The position numbers and the translations under genes were made by a program. From NCBI GenBank assembly GCA_051388875.1, contig JBMFFR010000001.1, positions 58,876-90,875 of the forward strand: a stretch of DNA of 32,000 bases, given 5' to 3'. The notes below the pieces were generated by a model, which saw only the letters and a list, made by a program, of their open reading frames with translations, ran no database searches and was not told where the DNA came from. Each line of letters opens with the position of its first letter. Position 1 is the stretch's first letter. This stretch comes from Candidatus Brocadiia bacterium JP1 (GTDB taxonomy: Bacteria > Planctomycetota > Brocadiia > Brocadiales > Bathyanammoxibiaceae). Of the stretch, positions 9,545-18,284 are shown piece after piece.

Positions 9545-10648
9545 CTATTGGGCTATAAGGGACGCAGTTATGTTATTTGTCTCGTCACTCTCCCCGACAA
9601 CGCTTGTAGAGTCTACAAATCCTATCAGGTATGTACCCTTCTTTTTTGTCCAGACGGATAACGTGGTGGAACTACCAGCAGCAAGCCCACTTATCTCAAA
9701 AATTTTTATGGAAGTATCATCCCCGCTTAATACTGCGTCACTTGAGAGATATACTCTCGCATAAAAAGTGCTTGAAATACCTTTTGTTCCAATATTGCTA
9801 ACTTTTAATTTGCCTTTTGTATTGTTACTGTTTTTCGTTGCCTCAATCCACTCACCAGTGAGGTCAGGAAGGGTGTTACATACCGATGCCCCTGCACAGT
9901 CCTGGTCGTTACAGTCCACAAACCCGTCGCAATCGTTGTCCTTGAAGTCATTGCAGACTTCTATAGCACCGGGATAAATGGCTGCATCGGTATCGTTGCA
10001 ATCAACAGGATTGCCACAGGCAGAGGAAGTGAAATATCCGTCCAAATCGGCATCAACGCAGATGGTTGACCCGTATATGGCCATTAAACCATTAATATCA
10101 TCAGTTGTTAAGGTTCTCCTTTTGGTTGCAGAGCTTAGGGATGGTTGCATAACCGCAGGAGAATTAGAGTGGTCAAGCCCCAGGACGTGCCCTAACTCGT
10201 GTAAGGCAACACTTTCCACATCATACGAGCCGCTGGGGATGTTGTCCCCCGTTGCCCATTGATACCTGTCGTTTATTACAATATCTGCCTCAAGTATGCT
10301 CCCTTTGCTAATCCACCTGGTTGTCGTCGCAAGTGCAAAATCGTCATTACGTTGCTCCCATCTAATTTGGTTAATACCGTTGTAGCTAGGTGCAGCACTA
10401 TCTGAGTTTCCACCACAGGCAAATGTAAATTTTGCGCCGGCGTTATTCCATGTAGTCATTGCATTGAGTACTGCGTTTAGTGCGTCAGCAGTATCGGATG
10501 TGTTATCCCAAACAAGGACGGACTCTCCCATCGGGTCAGGCTGGTAGTTCCAGTCACTCCCGCTGAGGGTGTAAGCCAGTAACGTAGAGCTGCAAAAAAT
10601 TAACGATAAAAAGGGCGCGCAAACCGTTAGAATGGTTTTAGTTTTCAT
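9545..10648 (-). CDS. Secreted matrixin-family zinc metalloprotease with MopE-type putative metal-binding segment and C-terminal CARDB-like domain
   Basis: Signal peptide MKTKTILTVCAPFLSLIFCSSTLLA; zinc motif HELGHVLGLDH with Met-turn region PAVMQPS; DADLDGYFTSSACGNPVDCNDTDAAIYPGAIEVCNDFKDNDCDG; C-terminal LPDLTGEWI...VVGESDETNN. Confidence 0.9.
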   Translation of the reverse strand: MKTKTILTVCAPFLSLIFCSSTLLAYTLSGSDWNYQPDPMGESVLVWDNTSDTADALNAVLNAMTTWNNAGAKFTFACGGNSDSAAPSYNGINQIRWEQRNDDFALATTTRWISKGSILEADIVINDRYQWATGDNIPSGSYDVESVALHELGHVLGLDHSNSPAVMQPSLSSATKRRTLTTDDINGLMAIYGSTICVDADLDGYFTSSACGNPVDCNDTDAAIYPGAIEVCNDFKDNDCDGFVDCNDQDCAGASVCNTLPDLTGEWIEATKNSNNTKGKLKVSNIGTKGISSTFYARVYLSSDAVLSGDDTSIKIFEISGLAAGSSTTLSVWTKKKGTYLIGFVDSTSVVGESDETNNITASLIAQ

Positions 10649-10678
10649 AATTTTGTCCCTTAAAGCTAAATACTGAAA

Positions 10679-11212
10679 TTAGTTGCGGATAATTTCTTCA
10701 ATAAAACTGTCTACGGAAACACCTTTTCCCACAACCTTTTCATCGCTTATCGTAAACTTCCCCTGATACATACCCACCACCTTGAAGTAGGATAGAGCGC
10801 TCTTCTTTAGGAATAGGATTACATCTTCCTTCTCATTGAAAGCCACATCATTAGAGCCGACCTGGGTTATGTCACCCACTGTACCTCCGGGGGTTTTTAT
10901 AGTAACGACCTTTCCCTCTACACCTTGGTTCTTTATCCACCTGGACACCTTTACCTCCACGAAGGTCCATATGAAAGTCCTATCCTCGTTCCACTCGCTC
11001 CTAACTGTTAGCACCTTAGCCCTTACTACTGCGTCTGCACTTTGTTTCAATTCTGACAGTTCCGCTTTTCTCATGAGGGCAAAGACTTCTTGTCTGGTAG
11101 GAAGACAGATTGTGGCAATGCCCAAGAAAATACTCACTATCCCAACCCAATTGAAATAAGTACTGACGCCCATTTTTCTGCCTCCTTTGGAATGCCTGGT
11201 TTTTTCAGCCAC
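10679..11212 (-). CDS. Hypothetical exported protein encoded directly upstream of the matrixin
   Basis: 177 aa ORF with a hydrophobic N-terminal segment (FNWVGIVSIFLGIATICLP), 30 bp upstream of the matrixin ORF on the same strand. The actual start may be the internal MGVSTYFNW. Confidence 0.7.
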   Translation of the reverse strand: MAEKTRHSKGGRKMGVSTYFNWVGIVSIFLGIATICLPTRQEVFALMRKAELSELKQSADAVVRAKVLTVRSEWNEDRTFIWTFVEVKVSRWIKNQGVEGKVVTIKTPGGTVGDITQVGSNDVAFNEKEDVILFLKKSALSYFKVVGMYQGKFTISDEKVVGKGVSVDSFIEEIIRN

Positions 11213-11781
11213 ATTAGTATCCTAATGTGGTATCTTTTCTAGATTAGTAGGGAGCAATTGAGATACCAACCACTCTCAATATTTTCCCCGTTCCGTTTAT
11301 TAGAAGTTATGTGGTTAAAGGAGTGAGGCTTACGAGATAAGAGAAGATCTATTCAGGTAAGATATGTGGAAAAGAGGATAGTAATCCTTTATGGAATTTT
11401 TCAGATAATTAATGAATCTACACTATGGAATTAATTCAATAGTACTAAGTTCTTATAACCGGCAGGCGAAGGTGGAGGGGGAACGGTGGGTGTATATAGG
11501 CTTTTTATTCCAATAACCCTCAAAATTACATTCATTCATTAATCTTTAGAGCGCCATGGACCATTTTATATGGCATGTAGGAGTAAGACAGGCTTCAGTG
11601 AAAAAAAGTCTTATACTTTTTTAATAAATTTAATGTTATAATTATGTCAATAAAGAAACAAAGTTTTATATAATTTTAATTGACTTCTTTATAATAACTT
11701 CGTAAAATATTTGTTCTATTCATTATTGAGAAAAACACTAGAGCGTATTGCTTAAGATAAGGTGTTGAAAGGACATGTAAG

Positions 11782-13011
11782 TTGACAGGTGTATCTGCTT
11801 ATATACAAAATAGAGCCTTATATACAAATGCCGTAACTCATATTAAGAGAAGGACGACTTACGCCAATAAGAAGGTGACCAGAGAAGAGATGGGTCGTCT
11901 GGTGGAGAAGGCCTCAGAATGTTTAAGGGATAATGAGACCTACCGCTGGAATGCTGATATAAATGGTGTAATAGTCCAGTTACAAACTAACTCCTTACAT
12001 CAGTATGACTTCTGGGTAGAGAACTGGTTTCCATCTCCCTTTGATGAAACTCCAGATGCGGTAATATATTCGGTGTTGGGCGTCCCTGGAAGGGATTCCG
12101 AGGCCCACTTCTGCAAGGCTACTAAGACCATAGTTTTCTTTAACACAGACTACTACGGACAATGTAAGAGTTGGGCCTTGGGGCTTGCCGACTGTGTACT
12201 GAGAAATAAGGGCATTCATTCCATTCATGGCTCATGTGTGGACATGCAAGGGGTGGGCATCCTAATGATTGCTCCCACTGGAACTGGCAAGAGTACACAT
12301 TCCTATAAACTCCTAGATCTGCCCGAAAGTAATGTACATTCAGATGACTGGGTTTACGTTGATTACGCTGAAGAGAATGGGAAGGTGATGGATGCAAGGG
12401 CTGCCATCTCGGAAAGGAATTTCTACCTGAGAACTGATATAGCAAAAGAAATCCCTCGCCTGAGAGAGTTGTTTAAACGTTGTAAGACAGAGAACGTGAT
12501 AACCCGCAGGGAAGACTGTGAGCGTACATCTTCTATGGACAATGCCAAAATGGGAAAATTTAGATGCGGCTTTGACGAAGGGGATGACTGTTGTCTCTGG
12601 TGTTTCCCTAATAGCCGGGCAATGCTAGACCCCACCTGGGTAGTAGGCAGGGATAGATTTGTTAAGGTAACCAACATAAGGCATGTAATATTTCTCACCA
12701 GGGATGATGCCATGCCGCAGACGAAGAAACTGGATGAGGATGAGACTGTCAAGATTCTTAAGGAAGGGCGGTTTATGGTACTTCCAGGGGCAGGTCCCAG
12801 GTCTGAATGGGGTAAGATGAGAAACGAACCATGGTTTAATCCCTATTTACTGGACCCTGATGACGAGTTTCAGGAAAACTCTTTCAGGAAGCTCTGTCAA
12901 GTCGCGGATTCTTACATGGTAAACACAGCCAAGGGTTCTGTTGAGGAGAATCAGGAGATTATCCGCAGTATCGCCCTTAGCAAGGAGCTTTGTATCCCAC
13001 AACCATGCTAG
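11782..13011 (+). CDS. HprK/PEPCK-like P-loop protein of unknown function with a Cys-rich insert
   Basis: GILMIAPTGTGKSTHSYKL (P-loop) followed by VHSDDWVYVDY; Cys-rich segment CERTSSMDNAKMGKFRCGFDEGDDCCLWC. Confidence 0.75.
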   Translation: MTGVSAYIQNRALYTNAVTHIKRRTTYANKKVTREEMGRLVEKASECLRDNETYRWNADINGVIVQLQTNSLHQYDFWVENWFPSPFDETPDAVIYSVLGVPGRDSEAHFCKATKTIVFFNTDYYGQCKSWALGLADCVLRNKGIHSIHGSCVDMQGVGILMIAPTGTGKSTHSYKLLDLPESNVHSDDWVYVDYAEENGKVMDARAAISERNFYLRTDIAKEIPRLRELFKRCKTENVITRREDCERTSSMDNAKMGKFRCGFDEGDDCCLWCFPNSRAMLDPTWVVGRDRFVKVTNIRHVIFLTRDDAMPQTKKLDEDETVKILKEGRFMVLPGAGPRSEWGKMRNEPWFNPYLLDPDDEFQENSFRKLCQVADSYMVNTAKGSVEENQEIIRSIALSKELCIPQPC

Positions 13012-13829
13012 GGGACGCAAGGCTCATTAATTACTACGAAGTTTTACAGGTTCATGAAGGGGCTGACCCGGAGGAAATAAAGCGTTCCTTCAGAAAGCTG
13101 GTAAAAGAATACCATCCTGACCAGAATGGTAATCAGCCCTGGGCAGCAGATAAAGTCAAGTTGCTTATACAAGCCTACAAGACTTTGAGTGATAACTCTT
13201 GTAGGAAGCTTTACGATAAATTGCTTAATTTAAGGAGAAATGGTGTAAGTGTGACTCTAGGAAGGTATCAAAACAACATCCATACACAAGTCAGGAATGT
13301 GCTGTTGGACCTCCTTGATGGTAAAGGTGGTATCGCCCTTGAGAGTTACGAGAAACTGAGACAAACCGTACAGGGCTTCCACCTCCTGAATTACTTTACG
13401 TTTAAGGATTACATTGACTGCGTCTTCTTGCTTGCTGAGGAATATGAAAGGCAGAAGAAGTATACAATCGCTTTAGAATTCTACGAAGAGGCTTATGACC
13501 AGCTCTTGGAGAAATCCAGGAGGCAATACCTCTTTGATGAGATTAAAGACAGGATACAAAGGATATACTGCCGAGTATTGGCAAGACGTGCAGAACCAAA
13601 GGAGGCTATTCTTTACTATGAAAAGGCTTTGGAGTTAGACCTTGGTCGGGCGGAAAGGGCCTTTGTACACAAAAAGATAGCCGAATGCCATTTTAAACAA
13701 GGAGATCTTTATTCAGCATCGGGACATCTTAACCTCGCACTTTCCTTGAAGCCTAATCTAAGGGGAGTTCATAGACTCCTTGCCTGGCTTAACCGAACCC
13801 CTCAGCGCAGCAATAGAGTGGTTAAGTGA
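13005..13829 (+). CDS. DnaJ-domain protein with TPR-like C-terminal part
   Basis: NYYEVLQVHEGADPEEIKRSFRKLVKEYHPDQNG J-domain; helical repeats such as EAILYYEKALELDLGRAERAFVHKKIAECHFKQGDLYSASGHLNLALSLKPN. The track start is 12990, but ATG at 13005 overlaps the preceding stop (ATGCTAG) and is the better start. Confidence 0.85.
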   Translation: MLGDARLINYYEVLQVHEGADPEEIKRSFRKLVKEYHPDQNGNQPWAADKVKLLIQAYKTLSDNSCRKLYDKLLNLRRNGVSVTLGRYQNNIHTQVRNVLLDLLDGKGGIALESYEKLRQTVQGFHLLNYFTFKDYIDCVFLLAEEYERQKKYTIALEFYEEAYDQLLEKSRRQYLFDEIKDRIQRIYCRVLARRAEPKEAILYYEKALELDLGRAERAFVHKKIAECHFKQGDLYSASGHLNLALSLKPNLRGVHRLLAWLNRTPQRSNRVVK

Positions 13830-14725
13830 AGATTAATCACGGTGTCCTACATGAAAGCCATCTCCCTATACCACTTCTCAAAAGGGGGAAGGTCAGAGAT
13901 ATATATGAGCTAGGGCAAGACCTGCTCATTATTGCCAGCGATAGGATATCCGTATTTGATGTCGTACTTCCCACCCCTATCCCCTGTAAGGGAAAGATAC
14001 TCACTGCCCTTTCGGAGTTCTGGTTTAGGAAATTAGAATCACTTGCCCCTTCCCACCTGATCACTACTGATGTTAAGGAGATGGGTAGAGAGGTACAGTC
14101 CTTTGATGACATAATTCATGGGCGTTCAATGCTGGTCAAGAAAGCAGAGCCTATTCCGGTAGAGTGTGTAGTTAGGGGGTATCTCTCGGGTTCGGCCTGG
14201 AAAGAGTACGAGGCTACTGGAAGATGCCAGGACGTCCAGCTTCCACCTGGTCTTAACGAGTCTGACAAACTTCCAGAACCAATATTCACCCCGGCCACCA
14301 AGGCTGCCTTTGGCCACGACGAGAACATCCCTTACAGTAAAGTAGAAGAAATGGTCGGTAAAAAACTCGCTAAAGAGCTTAAAGAAAGGAGCATTAAGCT
14401 CTTTCTTGAGGCTAGTAGTTACGCCTTGGGAAAAGGAATCATCATCGCGGATGCCAAACTGGAATGGGGAATAGCAGACAAGGAGCTTATAGTTATTGAT
14501 GAGGTCTTTACCCCAGATAGTTCCCGTTTTTGGCCACTGGAAGATTATAAACCGGGTAAGCCCCAGGCCTCTTTTGATAAACAATATGTGCGGGACTTTG
14601 TGGAACAGATAGGTTGGGATAAAAATCCCCCTGCCCCTTTCCTGCCCAAAGAAGTTGTACACAAGACCACGGAAAAGTATCTAGAGGCTTACCGCAGGCT
14701 AACGGGTAAAGACCTGTCACTTTAG
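13826..14725 (+). CDS. purC: Phosphoribosylaminoimidazole-succinocarboxamide synthase
   Basis: LLKRGKVRDIYELGQDLLIIASDRISVFDVVLPTPIPCKGKILTALSEFWF, ECVVRGYLSGSAWKEY, GIIIADAKLEWGI, VIDEVFTPDSSRFWPLEDYKPG. GTG start overlaps the upstream stop. Confidence 0.96.
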   Translation: MKINHGVLHESHLPIPLLKRGKVRDIYELGQDLLIIASDRISVFDVVLPTPIPCKGKILTALSEFWFRKLESLAPSHLITTDVKEMGREVQSFDDIIHGRSMLVKKAEPIPVECVVRGYLSGSAWKEYEATGRCQDVQLPPGLNESDKLPEPIFTPATKAAFGHDENIPYSKVEEMVGKKLAKELKERSIKLFLEASSYALGKGIIIADAKLEWGIADKELIVIDEVFTPDSSRFWPLEDYKPGKPQASFDKQYVRDFVEQIGWDKNPPAPFLPKEVVHKTTEKYLEAYRRLTGKDLSL

Positions 14726-14734
14726 TACCTTTCT

Positions 14735-15901
14735 ATGGGTTGCCCCCATGCTGTCCTAAAGAAGTTAGAATCTCTCAATACAACCCTGATAACCACGTCG
14801 GGACTGCCCGCTGAAGAAATAACGATAGTGCTAGAAAGAGCAGGGAAACTTTTACACAAAAGTTACATGATAAAGGGGGTGCAGTCCTTAGTAAAAAACA
14901 TAATAAAAAGCAAAGGGGATAGGAACCTACTCCTGAATCATCTGGTTCATCTTAATCTTGTTTATCACCTACTAGAAGTCAAGAACAAGGCGGTGGGGGT
15001 AGAGAGAAAGGTAAGGCCAGACAGTAATAAACGCGTAGATATAATGGTCTTCGGGGAAAAAGATCTTTATATAGAGATAAAGAATGTAAATGAACCAGAG
15101 CTAGTGATCTTGAAGGATGATTTTGCGGATAAGATTCGCCTGCCGCTTAGCAGAATAAATTACCCTTATTTTATTCATTTCAGATTCTTTAGACCTCAAA
15201 TGCCGAAGCTTTCCCAGGAAAACTTCCAGCCACTGGTGGAGAGGATAAAGGAGGAACTGGAAAAAGAAGGTGGACAGGGCTGGATAGCTTACCCTTCACA
15301 GAAGTCTGCCTCGCTGAGTTTTTCACTGGAGAAATCCCCACTTCCCTTTTGTAGCCTGGGACGCTATGGGTTTGGAGAGAGATGGCCCTACTGCCTCTAT
15401 TCTGAAGAATACCTGGAGAACCTGTTGGAGAAGGAAACAAAGGCCTCGGTAAAATCCATTCAGGACGACATGACCAGGACCGTGCACGAGCGTAATATTA
15501 GAAGATATAAATTTCTAAAGGATAACAGTGACTCTCTCGTAGAATTGGAATTGAAGCATAGTGTACTCAGGGGCATCAAAGACTCTGAGCTAAAATTCCC
15601 TACACCTTCAGCGCAAGCCTTAAACGTTATAGCCCTCCATTTTAGCGGACAGCAACCGCCAACCATGGCTGATATAGTAGCAGATGACCTTGTACGATGG
15701 TACTACTCATCAGAAGAAGGCAGAAACAGAGACAAATTGTGGGAGTATTACGAGCTTTGGGCAGAAGAAGAGAGATTTCACAGACTAGGAAAAATAGACG
15801 CCTTCGTGAGCCTATCAGGCAAGGGGATAAAAGGGCCTTACTCGTGGAAGATTATTTATGCCAGGTGGGGTAAAAAAGAATTAGAAGAAATTCTGCCCTG
15901 A
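14735..15901 (+). CDS. Protein of unknown function with a possible PD-(D/E)XK nuclease-like segment
   Basis: 388 aa ORF; ERKVRPDSNKRVDIMVFGEKDLYIEIKNV resembles a D...(E)xK nuclease core. Confidence 0.6.
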   Translation: MGCPHAVLKKLESLNTTLITTSGLPAEEITIVLERAGKLLHKSYMIKGVQSLVKNIIKSKGDRNLLLNHLVHLNLVYHLLEVKNKAVGVERKVRPDSNKRVDIMVFGEKDLYIEIKNVNEPELVILKDDFADKIRLPLSRINYPYFIHFRFFRPQMPKLSQENFQPLVERIKEELEKEGGQGWIAYPSQKSASLSFSLEKSPLPFCSLGRYGFGERWPYCLYSEEYLENLLEKETKASVKSIQDDMTRTVHERNIRRYKFLKDNSDSLVELELKHSVLRGIKDSELKFPTPSAQALNVIALHFSGQQPPTMADIVADDLVRWYYSSEEGRNRDKLWEYYELWAEEERFHRLGKIDAFVSLSGKGIKGPYSWKIIYARWGKKELEEILP

Positions 15902-15920
15902 CCCAGAGTACTGTTCACTG

Positions 15921-16565
15921 CTAGCGGTGCCTGCTTACCCCTACTTTCTGACAATACCTTTCTACTGGGCAAATACTACACCTGGGGGATATTGGAGTAC
16001 ATATATTCTGTCCGTGTATAACCAGAAGTTCGTTAATGATGTTCCAGTAGTGCGTGGGGAGTTTCTCTCTTAGGGCAAATTCGGTCTCTCTTGGATTTCT
16101 AGTGCTGATATAACCCAAGCGGTTTATAACCCTATGGACGTGAGTATCCACACAGATGCCAGGTTTACTGAACCCCATTGTTACCACCAGATTGGCCGTC
16201 TTCCTGCCCACCCCGTTTAGCTTGAGCAGTTCTTCAAGAGTATCAGGCACCCTGCCCCGATACTCTTTTAGGAGCACCCGGGAGATCTCCTTAATCCGAT
16301 GGGCCTTCGTTCTATAAAAGCCCACAGGGTAAATAGCTTTCTCTATATCTGATGCAGATAGAGAGGCCATTTCTCCTGGGCTTTCTGCTAACTTAAATAG
16401 CCTCGCAGAGGCCTCGGCAGTAACTGGGTCTTTGGTTCGTAGGCTGAGGAGGCAGGATATCAACACCTTAAAGGGGTCTCTACTAGCGGCTACTACACTT
16501 ACAGCAGGTCTAGTGTATTTCTTATTCTCCTGCTCTAAGATAGTAAGCACTTGTGAAATATCCAT
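15921..16565 (-). CDS. nth: Endonuclease III (DNA glycosylase/AP lyase)
   Basis: HhH LLKLNGVGRKTANLVV, ICVDTHVHRVINRLG, and 4Fe-4S loop CTPISPRCSICPVERYC (C-x6-C-x2-C-x5-C). Confidence 0.96.
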   Translation of the reverse strand: MDISQVLTILEQENKKYTRPAVSVVAASRDPFKVLISCLLSLRTKDPVTAEASARLFKLAESPGEMASLSASDIEKAIYPVGFYRTKAHRIKEISRVLLKEYRGRVPDTLEELLKLNGVGRKTANLVVTMGFSKPGICVDTHVHRVINRLGYISTRNPRETEFALREKLPTHYWNIINELLVIHGQNICTPISPRCSICPVERYCQKVGVSRHR

Positions 16566-16635
16566 GGACTCAGGTTCTCAGAGGGCTTGCGGAAAAGAAA
16601 AAGACCTAATTTAAGATGGGGGAAGGTTGAGAGAG

Positions 16636-16662
16636 CCCACCTCTTCTTAAAGAAGAGGTGGG
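16636..16662. other. Perfect 12-bp inverted repeat (hairpin) with 3-nt loop
   Basis: cccacctcttct-taa-agaagaggtggg; no following poly-T on either strand. Confidence 0.8.
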
Positions 16663-16850
16663 TTGGGAAGGCCATTACAGGCGTCTTCTTTTAGGTCTTT
16701 ATCCAATTCGAACTCAATCTCTTTCCGAGGCTCCAAGACCAGTTTCTTATAGCGTTCTTTTATTAACGCTAGTCTTTCTAGTTTTCGCTTATTGGCCCAC
16801 TCTTCTATTTTAGGCTTAACTATCATCTTACCTACCTCAACGACGAGCAT
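16647..16850 (-). CDS. Small hypothetical ORF, weakly supported
   Basis: 67 aa, charged and Lys/Glu-rich (PKIEEWANKRKLERLALIKERYKKLVLEPRKEIEFELDKDLKED); no recognised family. Confidence 0.35.
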   Translation of the reverse strand: MLVVEVGKMIVKPKIEEWANKRKLERLALIKERYKKLVLEPRKEIEFELDKDLKEDACNGLPNPPLL

Positions 16851-17795
16851 TTTTTTTATCCTTTTGATTAAACCCTAGAGATTCTGAAATCCTTAAAAGG
16901 CGAGTAAGACGAAAAAAATTATAACTTCCTCTGTAGAGCTGTCAAGGTCAAGGAGAGAGGAAATTTTTTTGTTAAAAACAATCCGTGAAGTAGTCATCTC
17001 CTTTACTCTCCTTTCCCTTAACATATCCAATGTACATGGCGATAATAATCGGCACCGCGTAACTTGGCAAGGGCAAAATAGCAAGCTCCGGGAAATTCGC
17101 AGAACTCTCCACCAGATGGGAGAGAAGTCCACCTTCACCCTACCTATGCCTGAGGCCAGATTTGTGGTGCTGGAGGCAGCTCCGGCCCGGGCGGAAGTCT
17201 CATTTGAAATTTGAAGTTTTCGCCCAAATCGAATTTACACCGAAAACCGGCACACCAATAACAAGACCACTGGGGGCTGTTGGCTAAGTGCCAAAATGTC
17301 ACCATGAACTTGTTTCATGGTCTCTTAATATATTGGTTTTATTAGATGCTGAAATAAATTAAGTATGACATCCCATATCGGTTTACAGGTTAGGCAACAA
17401 CCCACGCTTTGACGTAACTTCGTTTCGCTCAAGATTGACAGCCAGAGTTAAAGTTGCGTTTTTCAATGCGCTCAATTTATTTAAAGAAACAGGAGTCACC
17501 CAAGTAGCTTACCCTTATAGCAAGTCCACCAAAGTCCGCCAAAGGCGGGTTTGCCGATGGCATTACAGGGCGATACAGATTTGCATATTCAGCACCTTCG
17601 CCATAAACCAGCGACTAACTTAGTGTGGGTTTTTAACCCCCACGCCCCCTTTGCTAATGGAGGGAATTCTTTATAAATGTTTATCTTTAAATAACTTTAA
17701 CACATCCTGGCTTTTAAAGTTCCTAATGGAAATTGTGTTGACAATTCACGGTATAGTGGGTAAAATTTTTCACTTATTGGGAAGGATTGTGAGGG

Positions 17796-18179
17796 GTGTA
17801 TATAGGAATTGACTTGGTGGAGGTGAAGAGGATAGAAGTCCTTTTCAGTCGGAATGAATCTTTTTTGAGGAGGATTTACACCCCGAGGGAAGTAGAGTAT
17901 TGTCAGGAGAAGAAGAATAAGTTTCAGCACCTGGCGGCCAGGTTTGCCACAAAAGAGGCGGTTATTAAGGCATTAGGAGGGGGTGCAAACTGGAAGGATA
18001 TAGAACTCCTTAATGACCCCACGGGTCGTCCATATCTCCAACTCTATGGGAGGGCAAAAAAGCGGGCGGATTCAAAGGGAATTGAGAAATACGAGGTCTC
18101 TGTTACCCACACCCAGGATTATGCTATTGCCCAGGTGCTACTAATGCCAAAATTAGTTGATAAGGGTCTATCCTCTTGA
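17796..18179 (+). CDS. acpS: Holo-[acyl-carrier-protein] synthase
   Basis: MYIGIDLVEVKRIE, RIYTPREVEYC, HLAARFATKEAVIKALGGG, GRPYLQLYG, VSVTHTQDYAIAQVL. Confidence 0.94.
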   Translation: MYIGIDLVEVKRIEVLFSRNESFLRRIYTPREVEYCQEKKNKFQHLAARFATKEAVIKALGGGANWKDIELLNDPTGRPYLQLYGRAKKRADSKGIEKYEVSVTHTQDYAIAQVLLMPKLVDKGLSS

Positions 18180-18284
18180 TTAGGAGTTTTGTCAAAGGCT
18201 TAACTTAAACGCAGTTAGAAAGGTGACAACTTAGATACTATTTTTAAGATATTTTAGGAATTCCTTATTCTTAAGAGAGAGAAG

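Noticed and set aside
10836-11159. 107 aa plus-strand ORF
   Set aside because: Antisense to the exported protein upstream of the matrixin; Ser/Thr-rich shadow translation.
12140-12752. Minus-strand ORFs of 101 and 109 aa
   Set aside because: Antisense to the P-loop protein ORF; low-complexity Ser/Pro-rich shadow translations.
14126-14662. 178 aa minus-strand ORF
   Set aside because: Antisense to purC; no recognisable motif.
16636-16662. Rho-independent terminator
   Set aside because: The stem is perfect but no T-run follows on either strand, so it is recorded only as a hairpin.
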